A model generated the notes under the pieces. That model was not told where the DNA came from, searched no databases, and was given only the letters and a program-made list of their open reading frames with translations. A DNA stretch of 64,000 nt from Antedon mediterranea. Its lineage: Eukaryota > Animalia > Echinodermata. The position numbers and the translations under genes were made by a program. How positions within the stretch are numbered: the stretch's first letter is position 1; every line of letters begins with the position of its first letter. Below, piece after piece: positions 1-13,900 of this stretch. Location: contig NC_092675.1 in NCBI RefSeq assembly GCF_964355755.1, forward strand, positions 20,804,912 through 20,868,911. The letters run 5' to 3'.

Positions 1-1595
1 ATGTTTTTAAACCTAAATGAGGCAATTCAATCTTAAAATTAATTTAAATTTTAAATGTAAATGCTAGGTTTAATGTATTGAATTTCCACAATTTACCTTT
101 TTCCTGCATTGCACAATTTTGATAATTTCAACTTCAATATTTAAAACTGTATACATTAAATTATTGAAAGAATCTCATTAAGTTTAAGAAAGAAATAGTT
201 AACCTGCCAGTGGCAGATTTTGAAATAAGGGTGAGCCATGACATTGAAAATTGTAAAAACTAGAGCGAAGCGAGCGTACCATCTAGGTCGTGCCCACAGA
301 TGGTTCTCGAATACACAGTAATTTCAGCGTTAAAAAACTGGCGATTTCAAATGTACAATAATGCAGGACAATAATATATGTCGTTTACAGGAACGATTAA
401 ATAGACACTGTGATTTATGTACTCAACTAAAATTAGCACACTAGGAATTACTTCCGAAAGAGAAACTTGTCACAAAATGAGACCAATTGTTTAAGTCAAA
501 TTTAAACAAACTTAATTTGTGTTTTGTATGTAACATTATGGTTGGAGGATGGGGAAGAGGATAGGTGCAAAGAGGAACATTTTTTAAATATATTCTTTAT
601 TTTGTAACGAAATATTAATTAACATGTTTTACAAATAATATACCACTAAACACAGTAAAACATTGCGATGTAATACTTTGTTGAAACTATCACCGTCGTA
701 GTCGATTGAAATAGTACAGTACATGTAACGATACACTACGACGTATGTTTATATATAATGTTAAACAATTTGTGAAAACCACCTCTATTCGGGGCAAATC
801 ATAAATTCGATTTAATCGGTAATAAATATTAAATTACGGCGACTGAAAACGCTAGCTCATTATCCGTTTAAAAAAAATTATATCCAACCTCTGCAGCACA
901 GATTGAAAAAAAAAATGGATCGAATTTCTGTTATGAGTATACAGTACTTTCCTTTACGACGCCTGAGGGAATAGACACTTGTGGAACGACACAGAGATTG
1001 GAATGTTCCATTCATCGCAAATCAATACATTTGTATAAACGTATATTAAATCTATCAAAATAGTATTTTTTTTAAGAAAATCGGCCTGTCTTCAACATTA
1101 TGATACTGTACTCGAGCTGTTCAACCGGTTTTCAGCTATTAAAAACAATTATCGTAGGAGGAGATAGGAAAATGCGAAGCCTCCTCGCATTTTTGTGGCG
1201 GGTATTTTTCAAGATGGACATCCATTAGACAGTGTATACCACGATCGGAAAACACCCCTATTTGGGGCAAATCGTTGAACCTAAATTCGTTTTAATTGTC
1301 AATAACTAATTATCGAACTCAATTTAATTAGTAAACAGGGTTACATCAGGTGGTTAAAATCAGTACCGAAAGTACGAACCAACTTTATATACCATCGAGT
1401 AAACATTCTAGAAATAACGCGCGATTTACCGAATTTTGCCCTTACGTAAAAATATATAAAGATGATCATCTCAGGTGCCTCAAACCTCAACCAACCTGGA
1501 ATTCGCCTATCACCTGTGTGTATTATTGGGTATATTATGTCACCAGCATTTGTATGTCAATTGTTAATACAAAACTGTAGTATATTAGTACATAC

Positions 1596-1958
1596 CATCT
1601 TCTTTATCACTGATAGTAATCGTAGAAACTTTTGTTTTGCCAATTTTCGCATTACAAAACTCATTGCCTAATGCTGCCGTCAACTTCACTTGAAACACTT
1701 CATCTGCCTCGTAAGTTCCATCCTCGACGATGTCAATGCTACAGTTTTTAACTTTCTCTCCTGGCATAAACACAATTCTTGAATCATCTATGTTACGCCT
1801 TTCCTCAAAATCCATCATGACCTGGGCTGAACGCTGACGTGTGAAGCAGATTACGGACGACTCGTATGATAGGTCACCTGATCGAATGATTGGCACATGA
1901 GCAATTCCAGATTTTTCCTCAACTGTAAGCTTTGACATCATGAACTGCATTGTTGGAA
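1596..1958 (-). CDS. FRAS1: FRAS1 exon, Calx-beta 4
   Basis: TAG/GTATG, 363 nt, phase 1-1; PTMQF...IIRSGDLSYESSVICFTRQRSAQVMMDFEER. Confidence 0.93.
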
Positions 1959-4900
1959 CTAAGAGTAAAATAATAACAAAATATTTAAAATGAAAGACCA
2001 ATTTAGTTTAGTTATTAAAAATTAAAATAAAAAATCCATCATTCTAGCTGAATATATGATTTGGATTTACATAAATTATATATATTGTAGACAGTTTGCT
2101 GTCCTTGCATTTCTGTAGATGACAAATTGCCTGATTTACATGAGTTCAATTTATGCAAATTACTATGTTACTAAATTTATTAGATCTTATGCAAATTAGT
2201 TATCAAATCCTTTATGTAAATTACCTACTGCATAAACTATAAATAAAAATTACATAATGTATAATTTTTGTAACAGTACATCAGTATTTATAGCTACTTA
2301 CTGTCATTTTCAGTGTCAGTAATGACAACAGTTGTCTCTGATGGCACTGATATGATAGATCCTGAGGCTGACGCCAGGTGAACAATGAATGTTTCATTGC
2401 CTTCAACTTGAGGACTGGCTGAATCATCCATCAAAGTTATCAAACAAGTCTAAAGACAAAATGAAATGAAATAAAAATTCATTTAGTATGTATACTATTT
2501 TATTTGTTTTGTTTAAACATAATATTTTCAAAATAATTTTGGTTATTGATTATGTTCTCTTTTCATTTCATAGTTGGGAAATGTTTGTATCATTGAGAAA
2601 TTTTCTCCATGCATATTTTGTGTTCTTGGCCTGCTCCATTTTTGGTAGGGGTGTTTTAGAATAATATAAACTGCAGATAATGTCTCACAAAACTGATTTC
2701 ATTAAACTTTTGTGAACGTATGTTGTTGTTGGCAACAATAAATTTAAAAAATGTATAATGGACACAAAGGTTGTCTGTATCAATTTCTTGATTTCAATGC
2801 GAAAATAAAAAAAAAATTGAATTGATCACCTCCTTACCTCAACAGTTTGTTGTGGCTGAAAGGTAATCTGACTTGAGCTTGGAACATAATCTTCACCAGG
2901 CCTAGCTGAAGGTGGGTCAGACATCCTAGTAGCACACCACACAATAGATATGTGGGACAGGTCTGATCCGTGTCGTACAACTTCTAATTGCACTGTACCG
3001 GAATTCTCATTGAATACATATTTATTGGAACTAAATGTAATCGTGGATACTGAAATAAAAAACAGTAAATATTTAAATAAAGAAATAATAAACATATCTG
3101 TTGAGAGTCTTCACAAGTCGTGGACAAATGAGGCTAGATTGAACGAATATGTTTATACAAACTCCTTTTAAGTAAAATATGATAATTACCATCATTTGGT
3201 CCTTGTATGACAATTGTTGTTTTAGCTTGCTTTCCAATTTGTGTCATCAGAGATGGTTCAGTAAGAACAAGCTCAAATTCCTCCTCTTCCTCATAAACAG
3301 AATCATCAACAATCTATACAATTAACATTTATTGTTAAGTTGTGTTCAATAAAAACAAATGTACAGTATGTTGCAATAATATCATTGTCGTGCAATAGAC
3401 TAATCTAATAGTAATCAATTCACACACAAAATTAACATACGATAAGTGAAAAGAATTTTACTTCCAACACAAAAAGTTTCCAAAATCGTTCTAAAACTTG
3501 GCAGTGGCGCAGTGTGTTGAACGTTGGACTAAGATCGTGGGTTTGAATCCAATGCTCGTTGCATTGCTTGTATCCTTATTTTAGACACTGTACATTTGCC
3601 TCTCTCCACCCAGGTGTACAAATGGGTACCTGGTATAAGGTCAAGGCACACCTTGGCGCTGACTACTAGCATTTTAATAGGAGTATCTTTCCATATGTGT
3701 TTGATCCAGAAATGATCGGGGTAATAATATGTCCAGCACTTTGAAGTTTATAAACCCAGGATATTATTAATTATTATTATTTACCTGAACATCACATGAT
3801 GCTTTACTGACACCTTGTGGGAAGACAACCATGTCATGAAGACCCACGCCTCTTGTGATATAGTCTGAGCCTGTTTCTAAACCAATCAGTGAGCTACCTC
3901 TAGCTGTCTTTGGCACACTCAAACAAACAGCAGTAACTGTTGCTGAATTATCACCTGGCAACAATAAACAACAATGGCAACAATAAACAACAACATAAAC
4001 ATAAGGATTCAAATTATTATATTTTTTTAAATGTTCGTTTTGTTAAATCCCAAATAAATACAATTAATTCAATTTACCTTTCCTGATAACTGGTGCTGAG
4101 AAGAAACCAACATCCTCATTAATGCGATACTCAGTGGCTTCAAATTCAATACTTGGTTCTGAAATTATATAAATTACAATAATAGATAATAGGTACTTGC
4201 AGTAGAACAATTGAAGAACTAACTTGTTAATTGTTGAGAATATTAAATATTATGACTTTTGATAGTAAACAGTTCAGTTCAGTCTCCTAACCCCTGATAG
4301 TTGAGGCACCACTGCTGATTTTTGGACAATCCTCCTCCATCGATCTCTGTCCTCTGTAGCTCATTGCGAGTCAACAAAGGTCAAAACTGTCCATTCCAAT
4401 ATTAGTAAACATTCTTCTCATAAATATTTTATTTGATTAACATACTGTTATGTAATACACAGTTTTGCAATGAATTTGTTTGGAATAATCCAGGAAGTTA
4501 ATAGATGGTTGTTAACTTGACAATGGTTAACTCTATTTTTCCATAATTAAATTAAAAATAAATTAGTAAAGTCTAAATATTTCCATAAAGTTAAATTCGA
4601 AAATAAGAAAAGAAAAAACAATAGCTATATGATATTTGAAACAGTACATATATACTATACATAATATTATAGGAGATTACTTTATGAAAATGTTTTACTT
4701 TACTGTGTGCAAAATAACTTTAAATTTAAAACTTACTATCATCAGAATCATCAATAACAACCACAGCATGTGATCGTGGGCCTAGCAGTGAATAATCTGG
4801 CATCTTTAGCTCAACAATAAAACTCTCTGGTCCTTCATATACCAAGTCATCTACGATCGTAATACTACATGTCTTGGTTGTTTCACGCTCCTCAAACTGA

Positions 4901-7900
4901 ATCTGCAAAATTACAATTTTAAAATAAAAATTGTACTTGTATCAATAATGTTTGTTCTGGAAATGCACAAATGCTGGGTGAACATCAAATAAAAATCTAT
5001 ATATAAATTTCTGTAAGGGCAAATTTCGGTACATTCGCTATTGTACCATCTGTACAGTATTTAAAATTGCTTGAAATTAGACATTTACATAAGTATTATA
5101 AATGCTCTTTAACATCTACACTATCAAACTAGTTTGACAAAAAAAGTGTGATATCCCCAAATATGGTAATGATAATCCCAAATATGCTAGTGACATCATC
5201 ATGTCATATATGGGCACATTTTCATCACAAAGTTTGATAGTGTAGACAGTGCTTTAGTGTCTTACCTGACTGGCATATTCCCTGTAATCATTTTTACCAG
5301 GTCCAGCTCCCAATAGAGAAGTTGCTGTGGCCTGTTTAGTACCACACAGCACAACAGCATACTAAATTAAACAAAACAAATATATTTTTTATACTAATTT
5401 CATTAATTCATCTTACAGCAGGTTGGTCTTCTCTAAGTATTATGGAATGTACAGTAAATAAGTACTACAGAAATTTAGCCCAACATCAGACATACAGAAA
5501 TGGAGATACATATAAAATATAAAACAATATTAACAAAAATGTATGGAAAACACCACTAGAACAGAGTCATAGTTTTTCATGTAGGCCGCAATAAACACAT
5601 TTTTCTGTGAAGACACTTAACTGTAAATTGAAAAAAATAAATAAATAAAAAAGTAAATGCATACCTGGTTAAGATTGCCTGACCGTTTGACCTTCAAATC
5701 AATAGTAGTGACCTTCTCGGAGACATTATACTGCTCATGTTCAAACTGTAAAATCGGCCACTGAATACGGAACACATTACCGGTCACAATATTCGGCATA
5801 CTATCAGCCAGGTCAAAGATGAAACTGTCGCTACTCACATCCGTGACACCAGATGACAAAACATATTTGATTAAACCATTTGCAATATCCTCTGTTAATA
5901 AAGATACAATGACTTAATAAACATTTTAACATACATAGTCAATTTTAATAAATCTATAATCTAGGTGTTTAGGATCTTCTGCACTTCAACCAGAATTACC
6001 TATTGATAGTTAGACACATGTATTATTGTCAGTTTAGTCATTAACTTTCAGTCAGGCATCACAGTCTCTATAGCTTACTAGGCTAGAAAGCGTTCAAGTC
6101 CTGAGAAGACCGACACTCAACTGGAGCTAACTGCAGTGCATTCGCTTGAACTCTAGTTAGCGACGAAGACATCGACCATACTTTGGGACTGGCATAAACA
6201 CTCCCATTCTTTTCTTTCAGTTGTTTTACTGACAATTACACTAGTGTATATACGGGCAAATATAAGTGAATATGTGTTAGTGTATTGGCCTACCTATGTT
6301 TCAATAAGGTTATAGGTAGCCATGTGGTGGTTGATTAGGAACTAAAATGCCTACCTTGAGTGAATGTGGCAATACGAATATCTCCATGTGCACTTGACAA
6401 CAAGTAGCCATGTGCTGGCTGTGTTGTTATTGTGTACACCAGCTGCTTGTCTGGTGTGTCATTGTCCATAGCCTGCAGGTTTGTATCTGTTATCAGTCCA
6501 ACTGCCTACAAATTTATAAATGATAATATTAGTGCATGTGATTATGTTTCTGTTGCTACATATCAATTGAATGTATTTATCTCATGTCATTTTTCGTTCT
6601 TAAAGGAATTCTCTTCTCTTAATTCTTTAACAATTCAAAACACTCACCTTATAATAGTGTTAATCTTAATGTTTTGAAATACCTAACCAATACTGAATTA
6701 CCATTTTCAAACAAGAGACTAGCAGTAAAAGTGATGGTATATATTAGGCCTAACTATAGCCTAGATCATTAGGCCAGAGACTGGAATACCCTTCCATACT
6801 CCACAACTGCAACCATTATTTCTAAAACCTTTCTGATTCTTAATTTTGACTAGCTCCCTCTCCTAAACCTCTATCCACACATTGAGTGATATTCCAGTTG
6901 GAGTTTTTTAATTACATAATGACGATCAAGATTTTTTCTCCTCTGTATACTGGATACATGCTTGAAATACATGCAACTTTACTATAATTATTTTTTGGGT
7001 TTGTTCAGGATACACAACTGAAGAAACACAGACATGTGAATAATAAAGTAATAGAACTCTATCACTGGAGTTCATCAGAAGGGCAGAAGTGAGTGAGTTT
7101 TAAGGATATATTTACCTTGTCATCAATGTACTGGAGGAATGAAAGACCAACATTTCGGGTAAGACGTGGTGTGTTATCATCAACAGGAGCCACACTTATA
7201 TCAAACACTTGCGCAATATCCGTAGATTCCAGATTTCCAGCTACTTCTACCAGGAACAATTGGTTTGTGCCATCAGTAATTGTGAATGAAAAACTATCAG
7301 TCAGCGTGTTTGAGCCATCATGGATGTAACTGATACGGCTCTCGTAGATGTCATCCATGGAGAAGACGGTAACGGCTGAATAACTCTGTTCATCTTGCGT
7401 AAACTGTATTGCACCGTTTTGTGGGATTTGTCTAACGGTAAATGTTATATCAGTTGGCTGTAAAAAGGAAAAGATATTTAGTTGAAACAAGATTAAAAAC
7501 ATCATGCACAAAACAAATAAAAAAGTAAATACACATAAAAGAAAGTCTTAGGTCAATGGTTGATGAAAAAGAAAATGATGTTAGTAACCTATGGGTTTGA
7601 GACCTGTCTTTGCCATATTGCTTGTATCCTTTAGGAATATGCTTTGCCTCACCCTTCGGATGGGACATAAACTTGATACACTATTCAAAAAAAGTAGAGA
7701 ATCGTCTCTCTGCACTGGTAATCTTGTTGTCATGTAGAGGGTCTAATTTGAATTTTTAAATAAATAAATACATCTACAATTTTTAAACAACAAAATACAG
7801 TACCACTATATTATATCTTACCTCTGTGTCTAAATCAATTGCTTTTAGTTCAAACTCGGTGATTGTTTTTCGAATTCCTTCTTGGACACGCATCCCCATG

Positions 7901-10900
7901 TTGCTAAGCAGCGGGAGTGAGTCATCAACTGGAGTGATTGTGATGTAGAAAGACAATGTAATCTATAAAAACACAATTATTTATTAATTTAGTTTCAATC
8001 AATAATTAAGCACTTTATATTGATCTATCTTAAGACATATTCATGTCTTCTCATTTACTCTTTTAATTCCCATAATAACAGATAATTTTAATAGAGTGAA
8101 TGTTTGGTGTTAAGGAGTACCTAAAATAGGCCTAATATTGAAACTGTCTGGTAGTCAGGGGCATAAAAACAATGGGAGCTCAGGGGTTTGGTTCGAGAGG
8201 CAGTGTACAAAGTATGTTTAGGCCAGCTGCATGCAACCATTCCAGTAGAAATCTTAGCTTAAAACACACGAGAATGCCGATGGTAATAAAAAGAGTTGAA
8301 TGAAAATATCAAACTCCAGAGAAAAAGGGGATTATTAAGGTAATGGTGAACCGTATAGGTTATTGAACCTTCTAATTAGTATTATACACAGAATTGAAGA
8401 GCTGCAATTAAAATCTGCCAGCCTACTCAATTATTATATATATCATTATTTAATTTGATCTTAAGGGGTTCCAAGAAGACTTAAAAGATAACCATTTTAG
8501 TAATAAAGTGACATTAATTGCTGTAGTTTTCCCAATGGTGACACTCATTCATAAATTAAATTAAAAACCCAGACATATTGAACTATCAATGTATATCCTT
8601 GACTGTGGTATATCTGAAGTAACAGGCAAAATGTTTTTTTTTTTACCATTCAGAAGTAATCTTAAATTTTGATTGATTTAGTGAAATTCAATTAGTGAAA
8701 AATGAAAACTGCCTAAATGCCTGTAATTGTTATTAAATATTTAATTTAATTAAATTGAAATTAAATTTGATAAGACTGATCACCAGTAAAAATAAAAACC
8801 TGTTTATAAGGTGATATTCTGAAAATACATGAATGTTTGTTTATCCCCATCAACTCTTGGTAAATCAAACATCCGTAATCTGCCAAAGTGCTATAAATGA
8901 CAAATGAAAATATGTTTACCTCATTTGTTCCATCACTTAATGTAAAAATAAAACTATCCATATGGATTTCTTCAGGGCTGGTATGCACGTACAACACACC
9001 CTGTTCAGCAAGGTTAGCCTGGGTGAATGAGATGATTGGAACACCAGGAATACTTGTGAATTCCAGCTGGCCTAGCGTAGGCCCATTTGATATGAAATAG
9101 GTCAACTCTCCTGGAGAGCTGTCCCTGTCAGTGGCTGATAGGACACTAGTGGTGATTAGTTTTTGGGATCCTTCAACGACTGTAATACCTTTATTGGTAA
9201 GAACCTTTGGTGGTATGTGATCCCCTGAATCAAGAAAAAAAAGGTGCATATATAGAATTATTACAGAATAAAAGTAAAAACATACACAATTCATTAATGT
9301 TAATACCTCCTACAAACCTGTAGATATCATTTCATACATTATGATCAAGATTGAGGCAGTTGAGAGGGGAAATGTTTTGAGATAGGAAAGCATCACTTAC
9401 GATAGACATCAATTCGGAAGGATTCATCAATCAACTCATTTCCATCCTCATCGGCAACGTTGAATTTAAAGACTACTAAACCAGATGGCTCAGACGCATC
9501 ATGACTATACTTAATATATCCTGAAAGGCAAAATGTTTATATATGATCTAATTAAATAAAAATTGCTTAAAAAACTAAAGCTCTGTCTACACTATCAAAC
9601 TTTATGTGACTAAAAAAATGTAATGTGCCAAGACATGACATGATGATGTCATAATAAAACCATATTAGGGCATATCTCTACCATATTTGAATAAGCATTA
9701 GATATCCTTTTAGAGATTGCATATATGGAAAAATGATTATTAAAATGATAATGACTTTTGTTTATGATAATGTTGAGGCTATTAATCAAGGAGAGGATGA
9801 TAATGTAAATAAGACAAGGATGACGATGTTATGATGATAATGTTGCTGGTATTAATGAAGGCAAGGATGATGATAATGGTGAAGACAATGACAATGGGGT
9901 AGATGATTTTGATGTACTGTACTACAACTAGTACTGTTCATGGTGACGATGAAGACAATGACAATGGTGGTAATGATTTTGATGTACTGTACTACAACTA
10001 GTACTGTTCATGGTGACGATGAAGACAATGACAATGGTGGTAATGATTTTGATGTACTGTACTACAACTAGTACTGTTCATGGTGACGATGAAGACAATG
10101 ACAATGGTGGTAATGATATTGATGTACTGTACTACAACTAGTACTGTTCATGGTGACGATGAAGACAATGACAATGGTGGTAATGATATTGATGTACTGT
10201 ACTACAACTAGTACTGTTCATGGTGACGATGGAGACAATGACAATGGTGGTAATGATTTTGATGTACTGTACTACAACTAGTACTGTTCATGGTGACGAT
10301 GAAGACAATGACAATGGTGGTAATGATATTGATGTACTGTACTACAACTAGTACTGTTCATGGTGACGATGGAGACAATGACAATGGTGGTAATGATTTT
10401 GATGTACTGTACTACAACTAGTACTGTTCATGGTGACGATGAAGACAATGACAATGGTGGTAATGATATTGATGTACTGTACTACAACTAGTACTGTTCA
10501 TGGTGACGATGGAGACAATGACAATGGTGGTAATGATATTGATGTACTGTACTACAACTAGTACTGTTCATGGTGACGATGGAGACAATGACAATGGTGG
10601 TAATGATTTTGATGTACTGTACTACAACTAGTACTGTTCATGGTGACGATGAAGACAATGACAATGGTGGTAATGATATTGATGTACTGTACTACAACTA
10701 GTACTGTTCATGGTGACGATGGAGACAATGACAATGGTGGTAATGATTTTGATGTACTGTACTACAACTAGTACTGTTCATGGTGACGATGAAGACAATG
10801 ACAATGGTGGTAATGATATTGATGTACTGTACTACAACTAGTACTGTTCATGGTGACAATGAAGACAATGACAATGGTGGTAATGATATTGATGTACTGT

Positions 10901-13900
10901 ACTACAACTAGTACTGTTCATGGTGACGATGGAGACAATGACAATGGTGGTAATGATTTTGATGTACTGTACTACAACTAGTACTGTTCATGGTGACAAT
11001 GAAGACAATGACAATGGTGGTAATGATATTGATGTACTGTACTACAACTAGTACTGTTCATGGTGACGATGGAGACAATGACAATGGTGGTAATGATTTT
11101 GATGTACTGTACTACAACTAATACTGTTCATGGTGACAATGAAGACAATGACAATGGTGGTAATGATATTGATGTACTGTACTACAATTAGTACTGTTCA
11201 TGGTGACGATGGAGACAATGACAATGGTGGTAATGATATTGATGTACTGTACTACAACTAGTACTGTTCATGGTGACGATGGAGACAATGACAATGGTGG
11301 TAATGATTTTGATGTACTGTACTACAACTAATACTGTTCATGGTGACGTTGAAGACAATGACAATGGTGGTAATGATTTTGATGTACTGTACTACAACTA
11401 ATACTGTTCATGGTGACGATGGAGACAATGACAATGGTGGTAATGATATTGATGTACTGTACTACAACTAATACTGTTCATGGTGACGATGGAGACAATG
11501 ACAATGGTGGTAATAATATTGATGTACTGTACTACAACTAGTACTGTTCATGGTGACGATGGAGACAATGACAATGGTGGTAATGATTTTGATGTACTGT
11601 ACTACAACTAATACTGTTCATGGTGACGTTGAAGACAATGACAATGGTGGTAATGATTTTGATGTACTGTACTACAACTAGTACTGTTCATGGTGACGAT
11701 GGAGACAATGACAATGGTGGTAATGATTTTGATGTACTGTACTACAACTAATACTGTTCATGGTGACAATGAAGACAATGACAATGGTGGTAATGATATT
11801 GATGTACTGTACTACAACTTGTACTGTTCATGGTGACGATGGAGACAATGACAATGGTGGTAATGATATTGATGTACTGTACTACAACTAGTACTGTTCA
11901 TGGTGACGATGGAGACAATGACAATGGTGGTAATGATTTTGATGTACTGTACTACAACTTGTACTGTTCATGGTGACGATGGAGACAATGACAATGGTGG
12001 TAATGATATTGATGTACTGTACTACAACTAGTACTGTTCATGGTGACGATGGAGACAATGACAATGGTGGTAATGATATTGATGTACTGTACTACAACTT
12101 GTACTGTTCATGGTGACGATGGAGACAATGACAATGGTGGTAATGATTTTGATGTACTGTACTACAACTTGTACTGTTCATGGTGACGTTGAAGACAATG
12201 ACAATGGTGGTAATAATGTTGATGTACTGTAAATACGGTTCATGGTGAAAATTATGTTGATATATTTTTACGATGTTTCTTTTGTATGTCAAGGCAATGA
12301 TAAAAAGTACAAATGTAACATAGAAGTAGAGAAACAACAGATAGATATAAAACAAACCTACCTTCATCAATGTCAGACTGCTTGAAACTGTTCTTAATGC
12401 TATATATACTGATGTCTTGAACTAGTCCTTTTGTGACAAACTGTAGCTTGCCCATTTCAGGGTCTTTAGTGAGTGTAAAAAGTAATTTTTTATCATTTGA
12501 ATCTACATCAGTAGCTCGTAGGATTTCACTGGTGATAAATGCAGATGTACCTAAACAAACCAACAAAACATATTATAACATCTTTGGTTGATATTAATTC
12601 GTTCTACTAAATGGTAAAGTGATATTTGATGATACTATACTACAGTCATCTTTTTATATACATTTTGAGAATTTTGTCTGTAATGTGCACTGTTTACAAC
12701 TGTTTTACTCCACATCTGAAATTGAGGCACTGCCTCTTAAAAAAGCCTAGCCATCTTCTCCATACTGCGGATAGCACACTGTGCCTCCAAATTCACCACT
12801 GATTATTCCTATTCTAAGCTTACCAGTTTCAAGTCTAAGGCCATGATTAATGGTCAGTCTAGGTGTTTCATCATTTAACAGTCCAATTACAATGGTCACT
12901 TCACAAGTCACTGTAAAAAGGCCATCGGTCAATGACACAGAGAATGCGTCTGTCTGAAACTCACTGCTATCATGGACATATACGATTAGCTCACTCAAAA
13001 CATCCTATGAAAACAAAAGAAATGTAAGAAGGCAAATATAATATAATAAGAGATATACACATAATAAGCTATAACAAAAACATTTAAAGTCTCTCGATAA
13101 TTGCAGAATTTCAAATCTCATCTGCTTCTTAAGCTCTGTCTACAATATCAAACTAGTTTGAAAAAAAAAATGTGATGTGCCTAAATATAGGAGTGGTATG
13201 CTTAAATATGGTAGTGATATGATCATATATATATCATCATGTCCATATATGGGCACATCAAATTTATTTGTCACATAAAGTTTGATAGTGTAGACAAGGC
13301 TTTGATGTGTGACTGATTGATTTGGACAAAAAGGAACATCTGTATAATGCTGATTCACAAGATTTAAAAAAAATAGCACACTCTATGTTTGGATGTCTTG
13401 CATCCACTATGATCTAGCAACGCTTTAATATAATCTCTTAATGTTTTGGTTTTCACAGTCCTCTGATTAAGTGTAGATTAACAAGAAAGATCAGAAATGA
13501 GAATTCATAAAATTGAATTACATGAGCTAAATACCTAATAATTTCTACAACAAAGAATAAAGAAAACAAAGACAACTAACATCAAATGTAAACGAGTCTC
13601 CCAGCGTCAGAATCTTCCCTGTATGCATCATATCTTGTATATACGTCTTGCGTCTTAACATGCCATGTTCGGGTATCGCGATCACCGTGAATCGCAACTC
13701 ATCATCGGGAGAGTCAATATCGGATGCAAAGAGTGTGGCATTAGTGATGGTAACACTATCACCTTCCTCAATTTGAAGTGGTTGAACGATGATCTCTGGT
13801 TCTTCATCATTTATCAACTATTCAGTAAAAAATACAATACAAAAAATAAATGATACTGTCATTTTTATATAACTTACAGAAGAGCCTACTGTAACGATTG

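Noticed and set aside
1169-1193. Hairpin plus T-run resembling a rho-independent terminator
   Set aside because: Eukaryotic intron with no prokaryotic gene context
9881-12248. Regular repeat array as a CRISPR array or a coding repeat
   Set aside because: No unique spacers, no cas genes, eukaryotic intron; the 70-bp period shifts frame each unit and introduces stops
12092-12370. His/Cys-rich minus-strand ORF
   Set aside because: Chance translation of the minisatellite end and intron
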